Under the pieces are notes generated by a model. It had not been told where the DNA came from, made no database searches, and saw nothing but the letters and a program-made list of their open reading frames with translations. The translations under genes and the position numbers were made by a program. From a virus (lineage: Duplodnaviria; Caudoviricetes), in the IMG/VR virus record IMGVR_UViG_3300014613_000076, positions 1 through 30,936 of that record: a stretch of DNA of 30,936 nt; one strand, 5' to 3'. Positions 9,609 through 17,532 of this stretch are shown in pieces. The stretch's first letter is position 1; each line of letters begins with the position of its first letter.

Positions 9609-10697
9609 ATGGCTGAGGGGAAATACACGCAGATAGGGGGCGTCATCAAGCAGATCGTCGGCGAGTACACCAGTGTCGGTGGCGTCATCAAACGAGGTAC
9701 GGTGAACGCACTTGGGATCGGCGGGGTGATCAAACAGGTTCCTCTTGGAGAGAAATCGATCTACGTCTGCGAGCAGTTCTCCGATCGACTCTACGCGATC
9801 GACGATACGCCATCTGTCATTGCGGGTTGGCCGAAATACGGGGGCGGGATTGTCAATCCTCGGTCCGTAGCCTACGATGGGAATAACGGCTACGTCTACT
9901 TTGCGTGTGACACCAGTGTCTATTGTTACAGTTCTGCGGGCGCACACCAATGGACCTACGCTGGGCATACAGCCCTGGTAACAGCGATCTGTGTTGACTA
10001 CAACGGGAATGTATTCACTGGGGATGTGGGCGGTACAGTCAAGCATATCGTGTCATTCCCTGGCATTGGTCCAGGCTATTCAGTCGCGTGGTCACAGAGA
10101 ATCGGCGTGAACTACGCAGTCTATACGCTGGCTGTCGATGTGAGTGCTAACACGCTATATGCTGGGACTGGATTAGCCAAGGATGCGGTCTACGGCTGCA
10201 CAGCCACCGTCGGCAACTGGACGTTGCGCTACACATCGGCGCTGGGTGACGTAATTGGGATTGCAATTGATGAAGGGATCCCGAGTCTGTACGTCGGAAC
10301 TGTTGACGGCTATCTAATGAAGATGGGCACGAACGGCTATGTCTACTGGGGTGACGGCGGAGCGATACCGTCGGCACAAATCTATGCAGTGCGGGTTGGG
10401 CACGATGGATTCGGATACTGCGCGACTGGTGGACGGAAGAGTCTGCGGCAGTTCGTACTATCCACTGGGACGCCAGGGTGGGAAGCGACGATCGGCGGTA
10501 CGGCGGCGGCGGTAGGTTGCGCGGTTGACGAATACGGCAACGTCTACGGGACGTTCAGGGTAGCGGGTACGTCGACGAATAACGTAGTCCGCAAAGTGAA
10601 CTCATCCGGTGTCGAACAGTGGGATTGGCAACCGTATGTATCGGCGCAGTTCTCCGGCATCGCAGTGAGCCCGGGGATCAAGGCGGCGGGGTTCTGA
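9609..10697 (+). CDS. Beta-propeller (WD40/PQQ/NHL-like) protein, candidate receptor-binding protein
   Basis: GHTALVTAICVDYNGNVFTG and AVGCAVDEYGNVYG blade motifs; N-terminal 3x GGVIK; last gene of tail module. Confidence 0.7.
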   Translation: MAEGKYTQIGGVIKQIVGEYTSVGGVIKRGTVNALGIGGVIKQVPLGEKSIYVCEQFSDRLYAIDDTPSVIAGWPKYGGGIVNPRSVAYDGNNGYVYFACDTSVYCYSSAGAHQWTYAGHTALVTAICVDYNGNVFTGDVGGTVKHIVSFPGIGPGYSVAWSQRIGVNYAVYTLAVDVSANTLYAGTGLAKDAVYGCTATVGNWTLRYTSALGDVIGIAIDEGIPSLYVGTVDGYLMKMGTNGYVYWGDGGAIPSAQIYAVRVGHDGFGYCATGGRKSLRQFVLSTGTPGWEATIGGTAAAVGCAVDEYGNVYGTFRVAGTSTNNVVRKVNSSGVEQWDWQPYVSAQFSGIAVSPGIKAAGF

Positions 10698-10709
10698 CAG
10701 GAGGATAGA

Positions 10710-10967
10710 ATGGATCTAGGTGCAGTCGGAGATTTCATCGGCAAGGTTGGTTTCCCAGCGTTTGTGGCTATCTTTGTGCTGGTGCGCCTAGAACCTGCGG
10801 TGAAAAAGTTGGAGCAGTCGATCACCGCGCACATGGTGATCACGGCAAAATCGAACGGCATGAAGTCCGAGGATGTGAAAGACATCATCGCATTAGTAGC
10901 ACGCAACGGGAAGAAACGCCGCCTTGCGGATCGGGTGGATTTCCCCGACGAGGAAGATGCCGCTTGA
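10710..10967 (+). CDS. YvrJ-like single-TM protein, putative holin
   Basis: IGKVGFPAFVAIFVLVRLE motif resembles the YvrJ family; AGGAGGA RBS; position after tail genes. Confidence 0.6.
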   Translation: MDLGAVGDFIGKVGFPAFVAIFVLVRLEPAVKKLEQSITAHMVITAKSNGMKSEDVKDIIALVARNGKKRRLADRVDFPDEEDAA

Positions 10968-10993
10968 CGGCGTAGTGTATCTAGCAGTAAAAT
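10964..10993 (+). promoter_or_regulatory. Putative sigma70-type promoter for moron block
   Basis: TTGACG (10964-10969) - 18 nt - TAAAAT (10988-10993). Confidence 0.55.
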
Positions 10994-11015
10994 CGGTGTA
11001 CGAGGAGGTGGGTGC

Positions 11016-11264
11016 ATGTTTGATTGGCTGAAGAAGCAGGCGCTAGCGATAGCGCTGAGGCTGGCCAGGAAACAAGCAGCGGAGATTGCGATCTCCCTGC
11101 TAGCACAAGTCGATCCATCCAAGCTCGCGGACTCCGTTCGCCCATACATCCGGAAGCTATTCGCAATGACGGGGCCGGATTGGCAGGCGGCCTTCGCCGA
11201 GGCGTGGAGAAAGGTCAACACGTTTGTCGAGGAACTGCTGAACGACCCCACAGTCGGGGTCTGA
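11016..11264 (+). CDS. Hypothetical amphipathic helical protein
   Basis: GAGGAGGT RBS, 82 aa. Confidence 0.7.
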   Translation: MFDWLKKQALAIALRLARKQAAEIAISLLAQVDPSKLADSVRPYIRKLFAMTGPDWQAAFAEAWRKVNTFVEELLNDPTVGV

Positions 11265-11273
11265 GGAGGAAAC

Positions 11274-11735
11274 ATGAAGCGCGCTTTGGTTTTGGTTGTG
11301 GTAGCGCTGTTGGGGCTATCGGCCCTCGCCGTATGTGGGCCGTACTTCGAGGTCGAGACGAACCCACTCAATCTAGAGACGGGTATCGTACTCGGCTGGG
11401 ACGGCAACTTCGGGGTCTGGAGTGATGAATCCTCGCAGGGTCTTGGCGTTGGCTGGGATCTGTTCGCGGAATTCACCACACAGACGCAATCGGTGACGCT
11501 TGGCGGCACTGTATCGCTCACGGGCGATATCTTCGGGCTGGACTTCGGCGTCGTCTCAATCTACGACTACTCGGGATGGTCGAACATCATCGTATTGGAC
11601 TCGTGGACGTGCTCCGTCGGACTCGATTTCTACGTGAGCAAGGTTGTCACGATCTGGGGCGCGATCGACATGACTTACGCGCCGAACGCGTTGTGGGTCA
11701 TCGCGCCGATGGTCGGCATCAGTTGTCACTGGTAG
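11274..11735 (+). CDS. Secreted, putative small outer-membrane beta-barrel protein
   Basis: Signal peptide MKRALVLVVVALLGLSALA; alternating hydrophobic beta strands; C-terminal aromatic residue (VGISCHW). Confidence 0.6.
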   Translation: MKRALVLVVVALLGLSALAVCGPYFEVETNPLNLETGIVLGWDGNFGVWSDESSQGLGVGWDLFAEFTTQTQSVTLGGTVSLTGDIFGLDFGVVSIYDYSGWSNIIVLDSWTCSVGLDFYVSKVVTIWGAIDMTYAPNALWVIAPMVGISCHW

Positions 11736-11784
11736 GATGAACAACGTTGCTCTGCTGCGCACAGAGCAGCCTCCTTGCGCAGGT

Positions 11785-11824
11785 GCGGGTCGGTGTGAGA
11801 GCCGCCGGCCCGCCTTGCCTTTCT
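11785..11824 (+). terminator. GC-rich hairpin with weak pyrimidine tail (terminator/attenuator candidate)
   Basis: GCGGGTCGGTG (11785-11795) pairs with CGCCGGCCCGC (11803-11813) using G-U pairs; followed by CTTGCCTTTCT. Confidence 0.4.
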
Positions 11825-11838
11825 GAGGGGTGGTACAG

Positions 11839-12645
11839 GTGAAACGCATAGTGATTCTTGGGGCGATCTTTCTGTTGGCTGTTCTCTCCGGGTGCAATTG
11901 GTTGGTCGATCCGCCGCCCGCCGCGTTGACTCTGACGGCGACGCCGGACTCCGGCTATCCTCCATTGGCGGTGACTCTGCGAGCTAAGGGGCCCGTAGGC
12001 GGGCAGTACACGTTCGTTGTCGAGGGCCGCACATACCAGCAAGTCTCAAACACGCTTGCCGTGACGTTGGCGTCGTTGCCGTGCGAGGCGACGGTCGTGT
12101 GGATGAAAGGCTCCGAGGTGTTGGAGGAGACGATCGCGGTCGGACTGGTCAATGAGGGCCCGGTGATCGGACGGCCTGTGCTGAATGGTATCGCGAATCT
12201 ATGGTGGATCATCCCGAGATCGCGTTACGTCGTCACATTCCCCGACGCCCATGATCCTGAGGGCGGGCCTGTTACGCTGATCGGTGCGACGGTGCATACG
12301 ACGTACCTCGGAGAACTGAACACCGTGTTCTGCCCGCCATATGTGGGGCAGCATCCGCCTCAACCGGACGAGTACCACGTAGGGACTGGCGCGGGGATGC
12401 TACAGAATGCGTTCGTGTTCCACTCGATCTGGCAAGGGCCAATCGACATGGAATCCGGGTTACCCTACGCGCCTCCGGATCAGTCTGAGGCGGGCTATCC
12501 CGGGGGCCATACTTGTGTCCTGGCGTGGCCGAGATACTACATGCCCGGGCAGGACACGATGATTACCGCGACGTTTGAGGATGAATGCGGCGCGCGGACG
12601 ACTGAGAGCTGGGCGATCCCGACGAGTCCGCATCCGAGCTGTTAG
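11839..12645 (+). CDS. Lipoprotein with PKD/Ig-like N-terminal domain
   Basis: GTG start 8 nt after GAGGGG; signal KRIVILGAIFLLAVLSG|C with lipobox LSGC; TATPDSGYPPLAVTLRA resembles a PKD-domain start. Confidence 0.7.
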   Translation: MKRIVILGAIFLLAVLSGCNWLVDPPPAALTLTATPDSGYPPLAVTLRAKGPVGGQYTFVVEGRTYQQVSNTLAVTLASLPCEATVVWMKGSEVLEETIAVGLVNEGPVIGRPVLNGIANLWWIIPRSRYVVTFPDAHDPEGGPVTLIGATVHTTYLGELNTVFCPPYVGQHPPQPDEYHVGTGAGMLQNAFVFHSIWQGPIDMESGLPYAPPDQSEAGYPGGHTCVLAWPRYYMPGQDTMITATFEDECGARTTESWAIPTSPHPSC

Positions 12646-12690
12646 AAGATGCCCCGTCGTCCTAGCGGCGGGGTGGAGTACCTCCTTGGG

Positions 12691-12726
12691 GCGGGGCGGC
12701 AATCTGTGGCCGTCCCGCTTCTTTTC
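12691..12726 (+). terminator. Rho-independent terminator closing late/moron transcription
   Basis: GCGGGGCGGC-AATCTGTG-GCCGTCCCGC followed by TTCTTTTC. Confidence 0.75.
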
Positions 12727-12744
12727 GTGGTGACGGATGTCCTC

Positions 12745-12772
12745 TTGACATTGGTATAAGAATCGGTATGCT
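12745..12772 (+). promoter_or_regulatory. Putative early sigma70 promoter
   Basis: TTGACA (12745-12750) - 16 nt - TATGCT (12767-12772), directly after terminator. Confidence 0.7.
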
Positions 12773-12784
12773 AGTGGCCATGAA

Positions 12785-12870
12785 CCAAGGCGGCTGTAGT
12801 GTGGAAAGGTCGCGACCAGGTAACACGCCGCAAGCGGAGATGTCGGTTCGAATCCGGCCAGCCGCCTTGG
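12785..12870 (+). ncRNA. tRNA-like RNA without a normal anticodon loop
   Basis: Acceptor GCGGCTG/CAGCCGC extended to 12 bp, TA linker, D-stem GTGT/ACAC, T-arm GTCGG-TTCGAAT-CCGGC; anticodon arm reduced to CCGCAAGCGG; no encoded CCA. Confidence 0.65.
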
Positions 12871-12890
12871 GTCTCTGAGGAGGTGATTGC

Positions 12891-13082
12891 ATGACCATCG
12901 GACAACGGATCAAGATGGCGCGGCAACTCCGCCGCTGGACACAGCGCAAGCTCTCGGAAGTCAGCACGTATTCGATCCAGTCGATTTCGGACTGGGAGTG
13001 TGGACGGTACGATCCGAGTGAGCGGGCGATCAAGGCGCTGGAAGAGGCGCTAGGGACGAAGTTACATGAGGAGGAGAAATGA
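12891..13082 (+). CDS. Xre/Cro-family HTH transcriptional regulator
   Basis: IGQRIKMARQLRRWTQRKLSE...SISDWECGRYDPS is a typical HTH_3 pattern; GAGGAGGT RBS. Confidence 0.9.
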   Translation: MTIGQRIKMARQLRRWTQRKLSEVSTYSIQSISDWECGRYDPSERAIKALEEALGTKLHEEEK

Positions 13083-13321
13083 GCGAGACGTACATGGGCT
13101 GGCGCCTTGCGTGTAAGATCAACGGACAGGATGTCTACTACCACAAGGGCCGCGATCGGTACGCGATCGAACGTGACCACTCATATCTGGGCGGGCTAAC
13201 CCCGCGTGAACGAGACATCCTCGATGGGATCCTTGAGAACGAGCGCGACGAGCCGGACTATCGTGAGCATCCAGTCGGGCCTGGAGTATCGCAAACACTG
13301 GGGGAGGCAAGGAGGATTTGA
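13079..13321 (+). CDS. Hypothetical protein
   Basis: ATGA coupling, GAGGAG RBS, 80 aa. Confidence 0.65.
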   Translation: MSETYMGWRLACKINGQDVYYHKGRDRYAIERDHSYLGGLTPRERDILDGILENERDEPDYREHPVGPGVSQTLGEARRI

Positions 13322-14691
13322 TGAGCAAGAAGCAGGCTGGCGGGGTTGTCGATTTCGTCGTGCACAACTACCAGAAGTGCAAGGATCTGGCTGTTGTACT
13401 GAGGGCAGGGTTTAATGGTATCGGCGGGCCAAACGGCGCGGGCAAGAGCGCGGTTCTGGACGCCGCACTGAACATTTGGGCTGGCGGAAAGTTGACCCCA
13501 GTCGAGGCCATCCATGAAGGGGCAGAGCGGTTTTCGTGTTCGGTGGCCCTCAAAGACAAGGGGATCAAGCTCACACGGCAAGGCCACTACACAAAAGCAG
13601 GCGATCAAACAGACGAACTGATCGCGGAAAGCCTCGATACAAAGGGCGCGACGTTCGGACAACCAAGGCGCATCGTCGATCAATTGCTCGCTGGATCATC
13701 CGTCACGCTGAAACCGCTGATGGAGATGTCCCGCCCAGACCGAATCGCGTGTCTGAGAGACCTGACGGGTGTCGACTTCGCAGAGTTCGATGTCAGGAAA
13801 GAGGAACTGCTGGCGATAATCAGGGCAAAGGGCGACCACTTAACAGCATTGGAGGACCGCCTGAAGGGGTGGGAGAAGGATGAGAATCCGCCCGAGCCAA
13901 TGTCAGTCGCCGGCCTGACAGAGGAACTGCAGACCAGACAGCAATGCAATCAACAGCGGGCAGATCAATCCCGAGCGGTGGAGAACGCGAAAGGCGCGGA
14001 GAGAGCAGCGACGAACCAACTAGATGGTTTGATGGAACAAAAGGCGGCCTTAGAGCAACGGATCAAGGAGGCGGCGAAGATCAGGGCGAAGGCGGAGCGC
14101 GACTGCGCCAGCGTCGAACAAGTCTTGGCCGCAATGCCGATTGCCGATGAGGAAACAATTCTTGATCAGTTGAGACAGGCCGAACAGGTCAATGCGCGGG
14201 CCAAGAGGGCGCAGGAGCGGACCGCGATTGAAGCCGAAGCGGCACAGGTTCGGCAGAATATCACAGATCAGCGCGCTGCATTGAAGCGCATCGAGGCGGA
14301 AAAGAAGGATCTACTCGCAGAAGCTGACATGCCAATCGAGGGGCTGACATTTGATTCAAACGACGTGCAATTCAATGGCCATCCTCTCGAACAAGCGTCT
14401 GCGATTGAGCAACTGGAGATCGACGTAGCGATTGCGCTTAAACGAAATCCCGACATCCCGTTCCTGCTGTTTTACGAGGGCGGGTTAATGGACACCGCTC
14501 ATCGCAAGAAGCTCGATGACATCACTAGGGACGCCGGGGTGATTGCGCTCGTTGAGCAGGTGGCTGACACCGCCGAAGAGGCGAAGAGGCTTGGGGCCGT
14601 GGTGTTCATGGAAGATGGGATCGGGACTGTCCTCGACCCAAAAGCGCGGCTCCAGGCGATAGAAAAGCAGCTTGATAAGGAGGCAGCATGA
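13321..14691 (+). CDS. SMC/Rad50-like coiled-coil ATPase
   Basis: Walker A GPNGAGKS, long coiled coil, degenerate signature/Walker B region (LEQASAIEQL...LLFYEGGLMD). Confidence 0.85.
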   Translation: MSKKQAGGVVDFVVHNYQKCKDLAVVLRAGFNGIGGPNGAGKSAVLDAALNIWAGGKLTPVEAIHEGAERFSCSVALKDKGIKLTRQGHYTKAGDQTDELIAESLDTKGATFGQPRRIVDQLLAGSSVTLKPLMEMSRPDRIACLRDLTGVDFAEFDVRKEELLAIIRAKGDHLTALEDRLKGWEKDENPPEPMSVAGLTEELQTRQQCNQQRADQSRAVENAKGAERAATNQLDGLMEQKAALEQRIKEAAKIRAKAERDCASVEQVLAAMPIADEETILDQLRQAEQVNARAKRAQERTAIEAEAAQVRQNITDQRAALKRIEAEKKDLLAEADMPIEGLTFDSNDVQFNGHPLEQASAIEQLEIDVAIALKRNPDIPFLLFYEGGLMDTAHRKKLDDITRDAGVIALVEQVADTAEEAKRLGAVVFMEDGIGTVLDPKARLQAIEKQLDKEAA

Positions 14692-15353
14692 CCGGCGATC
14701 CCGACAATCTGCGCATCTGGGAACAGGCGAACAAGCCCGAAGCGTTCGCCCTAGCTCCGATCGAAGGGGGTAGGCTCTCGGGCAAGACCTCGATCAATCC
14801 TCAATGGCGCTTGGAGATGGCGACGAAACTCTTCGGCCCGCAGGGGATCGGCTGGTATACCGAACTCGTCGAACACTGGACCGAACCCGGTGCACCCGGC
14901 GAAACCATCCAGCACGTACATCTGCGCTTCTTCTACCGCGATCCCGAGACAGGCGAATGGTCGAAGCCGTGTCTCGGCGTGGGTGGCAAGGTGCTCGTCA
15001 AAATGGAGGGCGAGAAAAGGGACCGGGGATTCTCGAATGATGAGGCCCTCAAGATGGCGTGCACAGATGCGTTGGGTGTCGCGCTCAAAGGCCTAGGGTT
15101 CGGCGCAGCGGTGTACTACAATCTCTGGGATGGCTGCAAATACAAGAACCTCGGGCCAGATGAAGCCGGGATGGAACGTTGGCTGGAGGCGATGCTTGAT
15201 GCCGCGGAAGGTCCCGTGAAAGCCTTCGCCGGCTGGTGGGGCCGCAACAAGGAAACTTGTGTGAGCGAGATCGGCACGGAAAGTGCAGCGGTCGTCTGGG
15301 AGAAGTTCAATGCGCGGCTGTCGGAGGTCCGGGCAGAGGAGGCCAGATCATGA
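14688..15353 (+). CDS. Rad52/Sak-like single-strand annealing protein
   Basis: INPQWRLEMATKLFGPQGIGW...DEALKMACTDALGVALKGLGFGAAVY motifs; adjacent to exonuclease. Confidence 0.75.
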   Translation: MTGDPDNLRIWEQANKPEAFALAPIEGGRLSGKTSINPQWRLEMATKLFGPQGIGWYTELVEHWTEPGAPGETIQHVHLRFFYRDPETGEWSKPCLGVGGKVLVKMEGEKRDRGFSNDEALKMACTDALGVALKGLGFGAAVYYNLWDGCKYKNLGPDEAGMERWLEAMLDAAEGPVKAFAGWWGRNKETCVSEIGTESAAVVWEKFNARLSEVRAEEARS

Positions 15354-16045
15354 AGGTCATCGAATGCGAGCAGTACTCTCAGGAGTGGTGGGATGCGCGG
15401 CTAGGCATACCGACCGCCTCGGCATTCTCTCAGATCATCACATCGAAGGGCACCCCGTCGAAGCAAGCAGACGGATACCTGAATCAACTCGTGGCCGAGC
15501 GGATCACGGGCATGGTCGAGGAGACGTTCACGTCCCTCAAGATGGAAGAAGGGAAGGCCCGGGAAGCGACCGCGAGACGGATCTACGCGATGGACCACGA
15601 GACGCCAGTCCAGGAAGTCGGCTTCTGTCTTCACGATTCCGGGCTGTTCGGATGCAGTCCTGATGGGCTTGTGGGAGACGACGGGATGATCGAGATCAAG
15701 AACCCGATGGCAAAGACGACGATCGGATGCCTCCGGGCTGGCGATATCCCGGCCGACTACTTCCATCAAGTGCAGGGCGGCTTGTTGGTGACGGAACGCG
15801 CGTGGTGCGACTTCGTCGTCTACTATCCGGGCCTTTGGCGATTCGTCGTGCGCGTCCTCCCGGACCTTCACTTCCACAAGCTCCTCTACGATGCGCTCAA
15901 CGCGTTCTCGCGGGACCTCGACATTGTGGAGATGGAACTACGGGCCAAGTACGGGGCGACAGAGTTCGTTCCCGTACCGGATCCGATCGATCAGGCAACG
16001 CGGGTGGACAAGGCGGAAGAAGAGGAATCATGCGCGTCTCTGTAG
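15350..16045 (+). CDS. YqaJ/lambda-type exonuclease
   Basis: QYSQEWWDARLGIPTAS, GCSPDGLV, IEIKNP, YFHQVQGGL; start reassigned to ATG 15350 (ATGA coupling, GGAGG RBS). Confidence 0.92.
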   Translation: MKVIECEQYSQEWWDARLGIPTASAFSQIITSKGTPSKQADGYLNQLVAERITGMVEETFTSLKMEEGKAREATARRIYAMDHETPVQEVGFCLHDSGLFGCSPDGLVGDDGMIEIKNPMAKTTIGCLRAGDIPADYFHQVQGGLLVTERAWCDFVVYYPGLWRFVVRVLPDLHFHKLLYDALNAFSRDLDIVEMELRAKYGATEFVPVPDPIDQATRVDKAEEEESCASL

Positions 16046-16476
16046 CGGACATCCTCGCGAAGGTCCCGACGTTGCCACCGGACTACGCGAGCCACGTCCA
16101 TCTAGGCGAGATCGTCGCGGGCTCGATGCTGTCCGAGGTGGATTCGTTCAGCGAGCACGCTGTGCCACGGAGTTACGCGGTAACGATCAAACGCGGGGAC
16201 AAGGTCGGTGATCTGATCACGACTTGCACCTGTCCATCGCGCGCACTCTGCAAGCACGTAATCGCGTTCTATGCCGTGGCGAAAGCTGGCGATCCAGCCG
16301 TAGTCGAAGCAGCGGCGCAAATCGAGCCTCAGTCGGATAAAGGAGGTATAGTGGCCCACACGGAGGGGCTGCGCCTGATCGGGCTGGCGCAGGAGGAGTT
16401 CGCGCAAGCCAACAAACACATGTTGGATGGGATGGCTTTGCTGATGAAGGAGGCAGACGCGGTATGTGCAGGATAA
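16030..16476 (+). CDS. SWIM zinc-finger protein
   Basis: TCTCPSRALCKHVIA (CxC...CxH); start at ATG 16030. Confidence 0.7.
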   Translation: MRVSVADILAKVPTLPPDYASHVHLGEIVAGSMLSEVDSFSEHAVPRSYAVTIKRGDKVGDLITTCTCPSRALCKHVIAFYAVAKAGDPAVVEAAAQIEPQSDKGGIVAHTEGLRLIGLAQEEFAQANKHMLDGMALLMKEADAVCAG

Positions 16477-16501
16477 TGCGGAACTCAATGAGGAGGGACC
16501 C

Positions 16502-16864
16502 ATGAGCGATTGCAAGAAGATCGAAGCAGCAATCAAGCGAACACTGAACCTACCAGTGGATCACATGCTGACGGACGAGGAGCGCCAGCGCGTAACGACG
16601 CTCTCCCTGTGGGGCGACCAGATCGTGGACCTGGCCCCACTGGCAAGGCTGACGGGGTTGACGACGCTCGACCTGTGGGATAACCAGATCGTGGGGGCTT
16701 CAGTGGCGGAGCTTCGTGCGGCGTTGCCGGGATGCGAGATCCACGCCGTGAGCAAGGCGCTCTGGCGAGTGCAGGGTGCGGATATCAGGCGCAACGCAGG
16801 GCGAATCAGCCCTTCGTCTGCTTTACCTCCGCGGGCTGCCTTCGCGCCTGGGGCTGCCCACTGA
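16502..16864 (+). CDS. Short leucine-rich-repeat protein
   Basis: LSLWGDQIVDLAPLARLTGLTTLDLWDNQI internalin-type LRR, followed by ELRAALPGCEIH cap; GAGGAGGG RBS. Confidence 0.7.
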   Translation: MSDCKKIEAAIKRTLNLPVDHMLTDEERQRVTTLSLWGDQIVDLAPLARLTGLTTLDLWDNQIVGASVAELRAALPGCEIHAVSKALWRVQGADIRRNAGRISPSSALPPRAAFAPGAAH

Positions 16865-16876
16865 AAGGAGGCGACA

Positions 16877-17206
16877 ATGCCCATATTCAAGATTGCTCGT
16901 TACCGTTACGATGAGACAGGCCGTAGGCTTGGCGGGTTGTGCAAGGAGGAAGTAGATGGCGAGGTATTGTGCGATGGCATCTTCGGAATCCGGGACGGAA
17001 CAAGCCATCTGACACACATTCCGACAGGGCGACTCGTTGGGTATTTCCTGAACGCAGAAGCGGCTCGCGAATGCGCGTCTGAACTCGCCGAAGTAGACTT
17101 GCCGTGGCGGGCGAAAACCAAGAAAGCGTGGCTCACTGGGGACTCCGTCACTAGGGGAGAAGCGAAGCGTATTGCCGAAGAGCGCGGGGGATGGCGGGAG
17201 GTCTGA
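16877..17206 (+). CDS. Hypothetical protein
   Basis: AAGGAGG RBS, 109 aa. Confidence 0.7.
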   Translation: MPIFKIARYRYDETGRRLGGLCKEEVDGEVLCDGIFGIRDGTSHLTHIPTGRLVGYFLNAEAARECASELAEVDLPWRAKTKKAWLTGDSVTRGEAKRIAEERGGWREV

Positions 17207-17427
17207 TGGCCTATCGTGATGAACGACGCGCGAAACGGCGACGGCTGAGGCGGCAATATCTGCCCAGCCAGCGCGTGAGACGCAGCGAGTTCGTGGCGTG
17301 GGTGCCTCCCGAGCCGGATCCGAGCGTGTGGGCTCGAATACGCGGCGCGCTGGAGTGGATCGGAGAGACGCTGGTGGTGCCGATCTGGGTGATCGGGGAT
17401 TGGCTCCGTCGACGTCTTCGGGTATAA
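17206..17427 (+). CDS. Hypothetical Arg-rich protein with C-terminal hydrophobic helix
   Basis: TGATG coupling, GGGAGG RBS. Confidence 0.55.
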   Translation: MAYRDERRAKRRRLRRQYLPSQRVRRSEFVAWVPPEPDPSVWARIRGALEWIGETLVVPIWVIGDWLRRRLRV

Positions 17428-17428
17428 T
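17400..17428 (+). promoter_or_regulatory. Putative promoter for replication genes
   Basis: TTGGCT (17400-17405) - 17 nt - TATAAT (17423-17428). Confidence 0.6.
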
Positions 17429-17435
17429 GGGTGCC

Positions 17436-17524
17436 GTGGGGGCGATCACTAGATCCCAGCCTATCCACTAGGTCCGGTGATCGCCCTACAGTGGTGATCG
17501 TCCCCCACAACCTACTGTAGGGGG
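17436..17524 (+). promoter_or_regulatory. Structured 5' leader with mutually exclusive helices upstream of the initiator gene
   Basis: 17436-17451 can pair with either 17476-17489 or 17492-17508; 17484-17494 pairs with 17512-17522 next to the RBS. Confidence 0.55.
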
Positions 17525-17532
17525 TAGAAGCG

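Noticed and set aside
8860-10697. Diversity-generating retroelement acting on tail genes
   Set aside because: No reverse transcriptase and no ~100-bp TR/VR pair with adenine-specific mismatches; the duplicated YG motifs differ mostly at synonymous positions
407-11521. Long minus-strand ORFs (e.g. 10544..11521, 3965..4627, 6746..7249)
   Set aside because: Antisense shadows of well-supported plus-strand genes in GC-rich DNA, without RBS or recognisable motifs
12790-12866. Functional decoding tRNA
   Set aside because: No 5-bp stem with 7-nt anticodon loop and no CCA; kept as tRNA-like ncRNA instead
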